Source of the DNA: PVC group bacterium
Lineage (GTDB): Bacteria > Auribacterota > Erginobacteria > Erginobacterales > Erginobacteraceae
NCBI GenBank assembly: GCA_003561965.1
Contig: PWXJ01000123.1
Coordinates: forward strand, 1 to 44,996
Direction: 5' to 3'
DNA: 44,996 bases
Shown here: positions 17,561 to 26,792 of the stretch, in pieces
Numbering within the stretch: the stretch's first letter is position 1
How the letters are laid out: every line of letters begins with the position of its first letter
Program-made: the position numbers and the translations under genes
The notes under the pieces: model-generated
The model's input: only the letters and a program-made list of their open reading frames with translations
The model's database searches: none
What the model was told of the DNA's origin: nothing

Positions 17561-18913
17561 TCAAACGGGAAGGGAGGCCTCGACGGCCTCGGCCTGGCGG
17601 AGGCTGACCCGGGCGCCTTCCCAGTCGCCGAGTTTCCTGTAGGCCCGGGCCAGGACCCGGTAGCCGGCGGCCTTGTCCCGGACGAACTTCTCCGGGGTCT
17701 GCTCCAGCCTCCGGTTGAGGAGTTCGATCGCCCGGGCCGGGTAGCCGTTGAAGACCTCGACCTCGGCCCGGTTCACCGCCACCCGGACGTTGCCGGGAAA
17801 CATCTTCTCCAGCAGCTTGAGGGTCGCGGCGGCCCCGGCCATCTCCCGGGCCTCGATCTTCTCCTCGGCCAGGGTGATGAAGGCGACGTAGGCGTCGGGG
17901 GCGGAGCGGAGGGAATCTGACAGCTCCCGGCAGAACCCGGCCTCTCCGGCTTGACCCCTCCGGCGGAGGGTTTCGGCGAGGAGGCGGTAGCCCCGCTCCA
18001 GCTCCCAGCGGTAGTAATAGGCCGTCCCCCGGATGCCGGCCCGGAGGGAACTTTCGGCGGCTTCGGGGTCGCCCCGGAGGAGGGCGATCTCGCCCCGAGC
18101 CAGGGCGGACCGGGAGTTGTTCCGGTAAAGCTTTTCTATCTTCTCCAGGATCTCCTCCGCCCGGTCGAGATCGCCTTCCTCGATCGTGAACTCGCAGAGG
18201 TTGATCAGGGCGGCGAAGGAGTTGGGACGTTCGGCCAGGATCAGTTCGATCTGCTCCCGGGCGGCCCCGTATTTTTTCTGCCGGGCGTAGGCCAGGGCCA
18301 GGGTCAGCCTCAGCTCGCGGTCGCCCTCCCCGAGGGAGAAGGCCTTCTCCAGCCAGCGGGCGGCCTGACGGAACTGGTCGGCCTTGAAGTGAAACCGGCC
18401 CAGGTCCCGGGCCCGACGGTAGTCAAGCCCGTATTTTCTCACCAGCTTCTTCAGGGCCTTGAGGGTGCCGGGGATGTCCATCGCCTCCTTGCAGACGAAG
18501 ACCGTCCGCTCCAGGCTCTGCTCCTCCAGGGGGTGGTCCTCCTCGACCCGCCGGTACATCCGGACCGCCCGCCCGGGCTGCCCGGAACGGACATAGTGCC
18601 TCTCCAGCTTCTCGTAGGCGAGGAAACTCTCGGGGAAGAGGGAGATCACCTGTTTCCAGGTCCGGGCGGCGGCGGCGGGGTAACCCCCCGCCTGCTGGAC
18701 CCGGGCCAGGTTCTCGAGCAGGCCCTGGTCGCCGGGCAGCTGCTTCAGACCGGCCCGGAGGACCCGGGAGGCGAGCCGGGGCGAGCCGCTCCCGCTGAGC
18801 AGCCGGGCCATCTCCTTGTAGGTGGAGGCCCGCCCGGGCGCGGTGTCGAGGTCGGCCTTGAGCCGGGTCAGTTTCGGGGTCAGAACTTTCTCGGGTAATC
18901 GGATCGTCGGCAT
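17561..18913 (-). CDS. Tetratricopeptide (TPR) repeat protein
   Basis: 450 aa of helical A/L/R/E-rich repeats with the TPR signature spacing (e.g. ALAYARQKKYGAAREQIELIL). Paralogous to the upstream gene. Confidence 0.7.
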   Translation of the reverse strand: MPTIRLPEKVLTPKLTRLKADLDTAPGRASTYKEMARLLSGSGSPRLASRVLRAGLKQLPGDQGLLENLARVQQAGGYPAAAARTWKQVISLFPESFLAYEKLERHYVRSGQPGRAVRMYRRVEEDHPLEEQSLERTVFVCKEAMDIPGTLKALKKLVRKYGLDYRRARDLGRFHFKADQFRQAARWLEKAFSLGEGDRELRLTLALAYARQKKYGAAREQIELILAERPNSFAALINLCEFTIEEGDLDRAEEILEKIEKLYRNNSRSALARGEIALLRGDPEAAESSLRAGIRGTAYYYRWELERGYRLLAETLRRRGQAGEAGFCRELSDSLRSAPDAYVAFITLAEEKIEAREMAGAAATLKLLEKMFPGNVRVAVNRAEVEVFNGYPARAIELLNRRLEQTPEKFVRDKAAGYRVLARAYRKLGDWEGARVSLRQAEAVEASLPV

Positions 18914-18936
18914 TGCTTTCTCCCTGTTTGAGCGGT

Positions 18937-20307
18937 TTATTTTTTCGGCGGGGCGGCGGCCAGTTCATCGGCCCGGCGGCGGAACTCCCGGGCTTTATCC
19001 TTCTCTCCCTTCTCCCCGTGAAGCTCGGCCAGCAGCTCCAGGGCCCGGATCTTGTCCTTCAGGTAGCGCGGGTTGTCCTCCCGGGAAGCCTCGGCGGCGA
19101 ACCCGAGGGCCCGGTCGATATCTCCCCTCAGCCGGGCGATCTCGGCCTTCTTGATCCGGGCCAGGGAGTTCACCGGGTAGCGCTCGAGGAGCCCGTCGGC
19201 GACCTTCTCGGCCAGGTCGAGGTCGCCGGCTTCGATCAGTTCGTCGGCCGCCGCGATGGTGGTCGAGAAGTAGTCGGAGCTTCCCTTCAGGCGGTCGGCC
19301 ATCAGGGAATGGTACTTCGCCTCCTCCTTCCGGCCGAGGGCGGCCGAAGCTTCCGCCTGGACCCGGTGTCCGAGGCTGAGCTCGTCGGTGTAGTAAAACG
19401 GGGTCTCGGCGGCCGCCGGCCGGCAGAGTTCGAGGGCCTCTTCGGGCTTCCCCTCTTCCAGGAGGATCCGGGCCCGGTTGATCGCCACCCGGGAGTTTCC
19501 GGGGAACTTGCGGTCGATGGCCTTGAAGTGCTCCTCGGCCGACTGCGGCTTGCCGTCCTCGATATCCATCTCCGCCAGGTGGATGTGGGAGCCGTACCAG
19601 CCCGGGGTGTGGCTGAGGATATCCCGGAAGGCCTTTCGGGCCTCTTTCCGCCGGCCGGTCTTCCGCTTCGAGACCCCGATCATCAGCTCGAGGTCGGGGT
19701 TGCGGGGCTTGAGCCGGAGGGCTTTCTTGTAGGCGGCGATCGCCGACTTCAGGTTGCCGGTCTTCTCGTAGAGTCGGCCCAGGTCCTTGAACCGCATATA
19801 CTCGGGACCGAACTCCCGGATCAGCTTCTTCAGGTCGGAGCGGGCGGAGACGAAATTCTCCAGGGAGGTCTCCAGCCGGACCAGTTTTTTCAGGGCCCGT
19901 TCCCGCTGCGGATTTTCCTTCTTGACGGCCCGGTAAATTTTGATCATCTCGGCTTGCCGGTCCTGCCGGGAATAGATCCGCTCCAGCCGCTCGTAGGGGA
20001 CCCATTCCTCCGGGTACTGACGGATCAGCTTCCGGTATTCCCGGATCGCCATCCGGTCGTCTCCGGCCGCCTCGTAGAGCCGGGCGATCTGTTTCCGAAT
20101 ATCCAGGAATTCCCGGGGGCGATCTTCGGGGACCTTTTTCAGGGCCCGGCGGAGGACAATCACCCCTTCCCCGGGGCGTTTTCTCTTTTCCAGGAGTCGG
20201 GCCAGTTTGCGATAACGGGAGATTCGTTCGGGGTTGTCGGAGATATCCTTCCAGAGCCGGAGTTCCTCTCCCGGCTGGAGGTTGAGGCCGGCGGGTGTCT
20301 TGAGCAT
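18937..20307 (-). CDS. Tetratricopeptide (TPR) repeat protein
   Basis: 456-aa TPR-like repeats (e.g. GRLYEKTGNLKSAIAAYKKALRLKP). Same architecture as 17561-18913. Confidence 0.7.
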   Translation of the reverse strand: MLKTPAGLNLQPGEELRLWKDISDNPERISRYRKLARLLEKRKRPGEGVIVLRRALKKVPEDRPREFLDIRKQIARLYEAAGDDRMAIREYRKLIRQYPEEWVPYERLERIYSRQDRQAEMIKIYRAVKKENPQRERALKKLVRLETSLENFVSARSDLKKLIREFGPEYMRFKDLGRLYEKTGNLKSAIAAYKKALRLKPRNPDLELMIGVSKRKTGRRKEARKAFRDILSHTPGWYGSHIHLAEMDIEDGKPQSAEEHFKAIDRKFPGNSRVAINRARILLEEGKPEEALELCRPAAAETPFYYTDELSLGHRVQAEASAALGRKEEAKYHSLMADRLKGSSDYFSTTIAAADELIEAGDLDLAEKVADGLLERYPVNSLARIKKAEIARLRGDIDRALGFAAEASREDNPRYLKDKIRALELLAELHGEKGEKDKAREFRRRADELAAAPPKK

Positions 20308-20426
20308 AGAAATAAACCTCGTGTTTTCGAATTAAGCGCGGAAGGCCGGGATTCGGACCCGATCGAGCCCACCCGTTCCCGAAAAAGGGGGGATATAATA
20401 ATCACTGGCGGGGAATTGTCAACACC

Positions 20427-20612
20427 TTATCCACACTTTTTCACGGTTTTTCCACAGGTTATGCACATAATGGGTTAAACCGGGCTGAACCCGTCAATCG
20501 ACTCAGGGGACTGGAGTTACAGGCTCCAAGCGGCCGGAAAACCCGAAAGACGAAAACAGAGACCCCGGCGGCAGTTACTGCCTGTGGACAGGGGTGGATA
20601 ATCGGTGGATAA
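20427..20612. promoter_or_regulatory. Cluster of six DnaA-box-like 9-mers (candidate oriC or DnaA regulatory region)
   Basis: Plus strand: TTATCCACA 20427-35 (perfect), TTTTCCACA 20448-56, TTATGCACA 20459-67. Reverse orientation: TGTGGACAG 20583-91, GGTGGATAA 20593-601, GGTGGATAA 20604-12. All lie in the 365-bp non-coding gap 20308-20672. Confidence 0.55.
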
Positions 20613-20672
20613 CTTTTCCGGCCTTCCCGACACGGGGATACATCCGTCGCCGGACGGTGGGGACGGGAGATT

Positions 20673-21554
20673 TCAATCTTCGCCGGAGGGGCTCCCTTTC
20701 AGCCCGATCCGGGAGAACTCGGACGAATCGAGGTCGAAGTAAAGGAGTTCATCCGTTAGCGGGGTTCCCCGGCCGAGGAGGAGTTTCACCGCTTCCATCG
20801 CCTCCAGGGAGGCGGCCACGGCCGGGGTGGGGGTCGGGGTGCCGAGGACGGACTCGATCCCCCGGGGCGACTCTTCCTCCCGGCCGCGATAAACGGCGGC
20901 GGAGAGGGTCTCCGCCCCGGGCCGGACGGTCGATACCTGGCCCATAAACCCCCCGATCGCCCCGTGGACCAGGGGGACGCCGAGCCGGGAGGCGGCTTTT
21001 TCGAGGAGGATCCGGACCGGGATCCGGTCGAGGGCGTCGATCACCACTTCGGCGCCGGAGAGGAGTCCGGCGGAGTTTTCGGCGGTGAGGAAGACCGGGT
21101 GGGCGGCGACCTCGATCGCCGAGTTGACCTCCGCCGCCCGCTCGGCCGCCCGCTCGACCTTCTTCCGGCCGACGTCCCCCTCCCGGCAGAGGAGCTGGCG
21201 GTTGAGGTTGTCCTCGGTAAAGCTGTCTCCGTCGATCAGGACCAGCCTCCCGACCCCGATCCGGGCCAGCAGCTCGATGATCAACCCGCCCAACCCCCCG
21301 GCCCCGACCACCGCGGCCGTGGAGGAGAGGAGGCGGGCCTGCCCCTCGAACCCCAGGGAGGCGATATTGCGGTAGTAACGGCAGGGGATGACCTTCCGGC
21401 GGAGGGCGGCGATCTCGACCTCCCGCTCGGAGATGGAGAGTTCGGAGGCGATCCTTCGGACCTCGGCGAGTCCGATCCCGGTATATTCCCCGCCCCCGGA
21501 GAGGGAGACCGGGCCGCCGGCCCCGTCAATTAATCGGGCGAGGTCGCTCTTCAT
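20673..21554 (-). CDS. ThiF/MoeB/HesA-family E1-like adenylyltransferase
   Basis: AAVVGAGGLGG nucleotide-binding loop, DGDSFTEDNLNRQ and VIDALD motifs typical of ThiF/MoeB. It carries an extra N-terminal extension of about 70 aa. Confidence 0.75.
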   Translation of the reverse strand: MKSDLARLIDGAGGPVSLSGGGEYTGIGLAEVRRIASELSISEREVEIAALRRKVIPCRYYRNIASLGFEGQARLLSSTAAVVGAGGLGGLIIELLARIGVGRLVLIDGDSFTEDNLNRQLLCREGDVGRKKVERAAERAAEVNSAIEVAAHPVFLTAENSAGLLSGAEVVIDALDRIPVRILLEKAASRLGVPLVHGAIGGFMGQVSTVRPGAETLSAAVYRGREEESPRGIESVLGTPTPTPAVAASLEAMEAVKLLLGRGTPLTDELLYFDLDSSEFSRIGLKGSPSGED

Positions 21555-21578
21555 CAGGAAAATAATCCCAAGTAAACC

Positions 21579-23405
21579 TTATTCCACGGTGACCGACTTG
21601 GCCAGGTTGCGGGGCTTGTCGATATCGCAGCCCCGCTCCCGGGCGACGTAGTAGGCGAAGAGCTGGAGGGGGATGGTGTTGATCAGCGGCTGGAGGATAT
21701 CGATCGAACGGGGGACGGGGATGACCTCATCGACGTGGCCGGCGATTTCCTCGTCCTCCTCGACGGCCACCGCCACCACCTTCCCCTCCCGGGCCTTGAT
21801 CTCCTGGATATTATTGATCATCTTGTCGTAGGTGGAGTCCCGGGGGACGACGGCCACGGTGGGGAATTCCGGGTCGATCAGCGAGATCGGACCGTGCTTC
21901 ATCTCCCCGGCGGCGTACCCCTCGGCGTGGATATAGGAGATCTCCTTGAGTTTCAGTGCCCCTTCCATCGCGATCGGGAAATTGTAGAGCCGGCCGATAT
22001 AGAGGTAATTGTCATAACGCGCGTAACGGCGGGCGATCTCCTCGATCCGGGGAGCGGATTCCAGAACCCGGCGGAGCTGGCCGGAGAGTTTCTTCAACGC
22101 CCGGGTGATGAAGAGCCCCTCGGTCAGGGAGAGGCGCTGGTAGCGGCCGACCAGGAGGGCCATCAGGGTCAGGACCACGCACTGGGAGAGGAAGACCTTG
22201 GTCGAGGCGACCCCGATCTCCGGGCCGGCGTGGTTGTAGACCCCGGCCTCGGTCTCCTTGGCGATGGTCGAGCCGACCACGTTGACCAGCCCCAGGCAGA
22301 GGGCGCCCTTCCGCTTGGCCTCCCGGATGGCGGCCAGGGTATCGGCGGTCTCCCCCGACTGGGAGATCGCCAGGACCGCCGTCTTCTCGTCGAGTCTCAG
22401 ATTGCGGTAGCGGAACTCCGAGGCGTACTCGACCTCGACCGAGAAGCCGGTGATCTTTTCGAAGACGTAACGGGCCAGGAGCCCGGCGTAGTAGGAACTC
22501 CCGCAGGAGACGAAGTGGATCCTCTCCATCGACTTCAGCCGGTCGAGAACCCCCTCCAGCCCGCCCAGACGGGAGACCCCCTCCCCCTCGAGGAGCCTCC
22601 CCCGCAGGGCGTTCTCCACCGCGTCGGGCTGCTCGAAGATCTCCTTGAGCATAAAATGCTCGTAACCCTTCTTATCGGCGGCATCCGCCCCCCACTCGAC
22701 CGTCTCGGTCTCCCGGACCACCAGCCGGTCCTGGAAGTCGCTGATCGCGTAGTCGTGGCGGTTGAGGACCGCCAGTTCGTTGTCCTTGAGGTGGATGACC
22801 TGGTTGGTGTGGCGGATCAGGGCGTTGACGTCGGAGGCGGCCAGGAACTCCCCCTTCCCGATCCCCAGGATCAGGGGGGAGCCCCGGCGGGCGAGGACGA
22901 TCCTATCCGGCGAATCCCGGTGGAAGAGGGCGATCCCGAAGGTCCCCCGGACCACTCCCAGGACCTTCTTCACCGCGGCGGCCAGGTCGCCCTCGTAGTA
23001 CTCCTCGATCAGGTGGACCAGGACCTCGGTGTCGGTCTCGGACTTGAAGGTGTGGCCCTCCTTCTTCAGTTCTTCCTTGAGGACCAGGTAGTTCTCGATG
23101 ATCCCGTTGTGGACCAGAAAGATCTTGTCGTTCTCCCCGGTCTGGGGGTGGGCGTTGGCCACGCTGGGTTTTCCGTGGGTGGCCCACCGGGTGTGGGCGA
23201 TCCCCATCGTGCCCCGGGGCCCGGCCTCCCGGGCTTTCTCCTCCAGGCGGCTGACCTTGCCCACCTCCTTGACCAGGCAGGTATTCTCCCCGTCGGCCAC
23301 GGCCAGGCCGGCGGAGTCGTAGCCCCGGTACTCCAGGCGCTTGAGCCCCTCGAGCAGGATCGGGGCCGCCTCCCGGGGCCCGATATAGCAGACTATTCCA
23401 CACAT
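21579..23405 (-). CDS. glmS: Glutamine--fructose-6-phosphate aminotransferase GlmS
   Basis: Start reassigned to MCGIVCYIG (Cys2 Ntn nucleophile) at 23405. There are two SIS domains, and the C-terminus ends ...KPRNLAKSVTVE. Confidence 0.95.
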   Translation of the reverse strand: MCGIVCYIGPREAAPILLEGLKRLEYRGYDSAGLAVADGENTCLVKEVGKVSRLEEKAREAGPRGTMGIAHTRWATHGKPSVANAHPQTGENDKIFLVHNGIIENYLVLKEELKKEGHTFKSETDTEVLVHLIEEYYEGDLAAAVKKVLGVVRGTFGIALFHRDSPDRIVLARRGSPLILGIGKGEFLAASDVNALIRHTNQVIHLKDNELAVLNRHDYAISDFQDRLVVRETETVEWGADAADKKGYEHFMLKEIFEQPDAVENALRGRLLEGEGVSRLGGLEGVLDRLKSMERIHFVSCGSSYYAGLLARYVFEKITGFSVEVEYASEFRYRNLRLDEKTAVLAISQSGETADTLAAIREAKRKGALCLGLVNVVGSTIAKETEAGVYNHAGPEIGVASTKVFLSQCVVLTLMALLVGRYQRLSLTEGLFITRALKKLSGQLRRVLESAPRIEEIARRYARYDNYLYIGRLYNFPIAMEGALKLKEISYIHAEGYAAGEMKHGPISLIDPEFPTVAVVPRDSTYDKMINNIQEIKAREGKVVAVAVEEDEEIAGHVDEVIPVPRSIDILQPLINTIPLQLFAYYVARERGCDIDKPRNLAKSVTVE

Positions 23406-23587
23406 ATAAGCAATCCTCGCGGTAAATGATTCCGGCAACTTTTTTCTAACGCCCTAATATAGCAGAGAATCGGGCTGAATCATTATTTTTTTCCGGGGGC
23501 TGGAGGAAAAATCGGAGATCAAGATTTGACGGTGCCAGCTTCAGGGAGGCGCCGGATAATTAATAAGCATTAATTTTGATTTATGTT

Positions 23588-23616
23588 TTGACATCTGAAC
23601 CCGGCTTGGTTAAACT
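23588..23616 (+). promoter_or_regulatory. Candidate sigma70-type promoter (TTGACA - 17 nt - TAAACT)
   Basis: Perfect -35 hexamer at 23588-93 and a 17-nt spacer. The -10-like TAAACT is at 23611-16, about 50 nt upstream of the lipoprotein gene. Confidence 0.35.
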
Positions 23617-23668
23617 TGACTCAACCATTAACGGGGGTTGCTGCCCCCAGAACCGGAAGGAGGCTGGA

Positions 23669-24043
23669 ATGAAGACCGCGGTCTTGATTGGACTGGCCGG
23701 GCTGCTGGTTCTGTCCGTTGGTTGTTCGGGGGGTGTCTGGGTCGGTTCCGACACTTTCAAACCAAATATCAACTCCGCCACGGTGACCCAGTACCGGAAC
23801 GAAGCCCCGAATTACGAGGTGTTGGGCACGGTCACGGCAAATGTTGAGGCAATGAGCATCCTGGGCATTGTCGCCACGGGTACTGACGGTCAGGGGGTTT
23901 TGTGGAGAGAAGCCCTGAGGCAGTATCCCGAAGCCACCGGTCTGAAGGACATCAGCCAGAGCAACGAATTTTTGAACATCCTCTGGTTCGTCTACACCGG
24001 TGTCAAAACTACATATTACGGGACCGTGGTCAGGGAGAAGTAG
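23669..24043 (+). CDS. Small hypothetical lipoprotein (124 aa)
   Basis: Start reassigned to ATG 23669 (GGAAGGAGG upstream). The signal peptide has lipobox LSVGC. Confidence 0.6.
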   Translation: MKTAVLIGLAGLLVLSVGCSGGVWVGSDTFKPNINSATVTQYRNEAPNYEVLGTVTANVEAMSILGIVATGTDGQGVLWREALRQYPEATGLKDISQSNEFLNILWFVYTGVKTTYYGTVVREK

Positions 24044-24070
24044 ACGTTATTACCCGGAGGGTTGGAGAGG

Positions 24071-24103
24071 GCCCCCCGCCGGACTCGCCGGCGGGGGGCT
24101 TTC
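24071..24103. terminator. Bidirectional Rho-independent terminator-like hairpin
   Basis: A perfect 12-bp GC stem GCCCCCCGCCGG / CCGGCGGGGGGC with loop ACTCG, followed by TTTCTATT. It lies between the convergent lipoprotein gene (+) and mnmG (-). Confidence 0.7.
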
Positions 24104-24116
24104 TATTATATCCGGA

Positions 24117-25985
24117 CTACTTGCCCAGCTTCTTCAGCCAGACCATCAATATCGAGACCGCCGCCGGGGTGATCCCGGGGATCCGGGAGGCCTGGGCCAG
24201 GTCGACCGGACGGAGGCGGGAGAGTTTTTCCCGGACCTCGGCCTTCAGTCCGGGCACGGAGGCGTAATCCAGATCGGGGGGGAGGGCGATCTCTTCCAGG
24301 CTCCTCAGCCGGGCGGCCTCGGTTTTCTGCCGTTGGATAAAGCCCTCGTACTTGATCTCGATCTCCGCCTGCCGGGCCACCTCCGGGGGGAGCGCGGCCA
24401 GCTCGGGATCGAGGCCGGCCAGGTCGTCGAGACCGACCCCGGGGCGGCGGAGGAGGTCCCGGAGGCTGGTTTTCTTACCTATAGGGGCGGACTCCAGACG
24501 GGCCAGGAGGCGATTGACCTCCTCCCCGGGGGAGACCCGCCGTTCGGCCAGAAGCCGGACCGTCCGGGAGATCTCCCGGCGCTGGCGCTCGATCCGGCCG
24601 GCCTCATCCGGGGGGACCAGGCCCAGCCGGCAGCCGACCTCGCGGAGCCTGAGATCGGCGTTGTCCTCCCGGAGCAGCAGCCGGTACTCGGCCCGCGAGG
24701 TGAAAATCCGGTAGGGTTCGTCGGTACCCTTGGTGACCAGGTCGTCGATCAGGACCCCGATGTAGGCCCGGTCCCGGGAGAGGACCAGTGGCGGTTCCCC
24801 GCGGAGGGAGAGGGCGGCGTTGATCCCCGCCATCAGCCCCTGGGCGGCCGCCTCCTCGTAACCGGTGGTCCCGTTGACCTGGCCCGCCAGGTAGAGCCCG
24901 GCGACCGGCTTGCTCTCCAGGGTCGGGTAGAGCTGGGTGGGATCGACGTAGTCGTGCTCGATCCCGTAGCCCGGCCGGACGATCTGAGCCTCCTCCAACC
25001 CGCAGATCGACCGGACCAGCTCCCGCTGGAGGTCGATCGGGAGGCTGGTCGAGATTCCGTTAGGATAGTACTCGACGGTGTCGGCCCCTTCCGGTTCGAG
25101 GAAGATATGGTGCCGGTCGCGGTCGGGGAAACGGACCACCTTGTCCTCGATCGAGGGGCAGTAACGCACCCCCCGCCCCCGGATCGCCCCCGAGAAGAGG
25201 GGGGAACGGTCGAGACCCCGGGAGATTATCCGGTGGGTCTCCGGGTTGGTCCAGGTGACGTGGCAGGGGAGCTGTTCCAGCTCCACCGGGGGAGAGGTGA
25301 TCGAAAAGGGTTCGGGGTCCCGGTCGCCTTCCTGGACTTCCAGGCGGGAGAAGTCGATCGTCCGGCCGTCCAGCCGGGGGCAGGTCCCGGTCTTGAACCG
25401 GCCCCGGGTGAAGCCGAGCCGACCCAGGGATTCGGCCAGCCCGGAGGACGCGGGGTCCCCCATCCTCCCCCCGGGAAAATTTTCCCGGCCGACGTGAATC
25501 AGCCCCCGGAGGAAAGTCCCGGGGGCGATGATCACCCGCCCCCCGGAAAACTCCTCCCCCGCCGCCGTCCTCACCCCGGCCGCCCGGCCGGAGGAGACGA
25601 CGACCTCCTCCACCAGGGCCTGATAGACGCCAAGGTTATCGCTGGATTCGCCCCGACGCTTCATCGCCGGCTGGTAGCGGCGGCGGTCGACCTGGACCCG
25701 GGTCGCCCGGACGGCCGGTCCCTTGCGGAGGTTGAGCGTTCGATACTGAAGGGCGCACTCGTCGGCGGCCCGGGCCATCTCGCCGCCCAGGGCGTCGATC
25801 TCCTTCACCAGCTGGCCCTTGCCCAGGCCGCCGATTGCCGGGTTGCAGGAGAGGGCGCCGATCCGGTCGAGGTTGCCGGTGATCAGCAGGGTCGAGCAGC
25901 CCATCCGGGCGGCCGCCAGCGCCGCCTCGATCCCGGCGTGCCCGGCCCCGATTACAATCAGGTCATAATCGACTCTGGTATTCAT
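24117..25985 (-). CDS. mnmG: tRNA uridine-5-carboxymethylaminomethyl modification enzyme MnmG (GidA)
   Basis: Start reassigned to MNTRVDYDLIVIGAGHAGIEAA (FAD GxGxxG). Full-length similarity to GidA, including GQVNGTTGYEEAAAQG. Confidence 0.95.
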   Translation of the reverse strand: MNTRVDYDLIVIGAGHAGIEAALAAARMGCSTLLITGNLDRIGALSCNPAIGGLGKGQLVKEIDALGGEMARAADECALQYRTLNLRKGPAVRATRVQVDRRRYQPAMKRRGESSDNLGVYQALVEEVVVSSGRAAGVRTAAGEEFSGGRVIIAPGTFLRGLIHVGRENFPGGRMGDPASSGLAESLGRLGFTRGRFKTGTCPRLDGRTIDFSRLEVQEGDRDPEPFSITSPPVELEQLPCHVTWTNPETHRIISRGLDRSPLFSGAIRGRGVRYCPSIEDKVVRFPDRDRHHIFLEPEGADTVEYYPNGISTSLPIDLQRELVRSICGLEEAQIVRPGYGIEHDYVDPTQLYPTLESKPVAGLYLAGQVNGTTGYEEAAAQGLMAGINAALSLRGEPPLVLSRDRAYIGVLIDDLVTKGTDEPYRIFTSRAEYRLLLREDNADLRLREVGCRLGLVPPDEAGRIERQRREISRTVRLLAERRVSPGEEVNRLLARLESAPIGKKTSLRDLLRRPGVGLDDLAGLDPELAALPPEVARQAEIEIKYEGFIQRQKTEAARLRSLEEIALPPDLDYASVPGLKAEVREKLSRLRPVDLAQASRIPGITPAAVSILMVWLKKLGK

Positions 25986-26100
25986 ATTCGCGGATAAGCA
26001 ACAACTGGCCGGCAAATGGTATCATATCGCCCGGCTTTTTCTATTATTGTCTCCGGCCCGCTGTGTTACTATCTCCGCCCGCCGGTAAAGGTAACGGAAG

Positions 26101-26778
26101 ATGACCCGGGAAGAAGAAAATTTCCGCAGGATCAGCGAGACCGCGGAGGAACTGGGGTTCGACCTCTGCGGGGCGGCGGACCTGCCGGATTTAAAGGAAC
26201 TGGCGCACGATCTCTCGCCGGAGACCGCCGGAAGGCTCCGGACCGGGGTGGCGCTGGGCGTCTTCCTCGCCAGCGGGGTCCTGGAGGACCTCGACGACCG
26301 CCCGACCCGGCTCTACCTCCACCACTACCGGCAGATCAACTACTTCCTCGACCGCAACGCCCTGGAACTGGCCCGCCGGATCGAGCGGCTCGGGGCCCGG
26401 GCGGTCCCGGTCGCCGCCTCCCAGACCATCGACTGGACGGTCCAGCGGGGCCACCTCTCCCACAAGGAGGTCGCCCGGCGGGCCGGGCTCGGCTGGATCG
26501 GGAGAAACAACCTCCTGGTCACCCCGGAACGGGGCTCCCGGGTCCGGCTGGTCACTGTCCTGACCGACCTCCCGCTTTCAACCGGAAAGCCCCTGGAACG
26601 GGACTGCGGCGACTGCCGGGATTGCCTACCGGCCTGCCCGGCCGGGGCGATCGGGGAGGATCCGGAGGCTTTCGACCACCGGCGGTGTTACGAGCGACTC
26701 AAGGAATTCAAGAACTCGCTCAACCTCGGACACTATATCTGCGGGGTCTGCGTAAGGGACTGCGCGGGGAGGGAATAG
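26101..26778 (+). CDS. QueG-like (epoxyqueuosine reductase-related) 4Fe-4S protein
   Basis: GLGWIGRNNLLVTPERGSRVRLVTVLTDLPL closely resembles the QueG core. It also has CGDCRDCLPACP and CGVCVRDC ferredoxin-type motifs. At 225 aa it is shorter than canonical QueG. Confidence 0.6.
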   Translation: MTREEENFRRISETAEELGFDLCGAADLPDLKELAHDLSPETAGRLRTGVALGVFLASGVLEDLDDRPTRLYLHHYRQINYFLDRNALELARRIERLGARAVPVAASQTIDWTVQRGHLSHKEVARRAGLGWIGRNNLLVTPERGSRVRLVTVLTDLPLSTGKPLERDCGDCRDCLPACPAGAIGEDPEAFDHRRCYERLKEFKNSLNLGHYICGVCVRDCAGRE

Positions 26779-26792
26779 TGATCAGTGATCAG
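26772..26792. repeat. GGAATAG + TAGTGAT CAGTGAT CAG heptamer repeat
   Basis: Read directly. It includes the stop codon (TAG 26776-78) of the queG-like gene. It has the same GGAATAGT(A/G)ATCAG leader as the repeat at 16602. Confidence 0.75.

Noticed and set aside
20594-20947. A 117-aa plus-strand ORF starting inside the DnaA-box cluster.
   Set aside because: It is Arg/Gly/Pro-rich, lies mostly antisense to the ThiF-like gene, and has no RBS. It is more likely non-coding.
23406-23580. glmS ribozyme in the 5' leader of glmS (minus strand).
   Set aside because: Reading the reverse complement, I could not find the conserved core segments of the ribozyme: the AGCGCC cleavage-site helix with its pairing partner, or the GACGAGG-type core. 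Only a short GGCGCC and generic hairpins are present. A covariance-model search (RF00234) would settle it.
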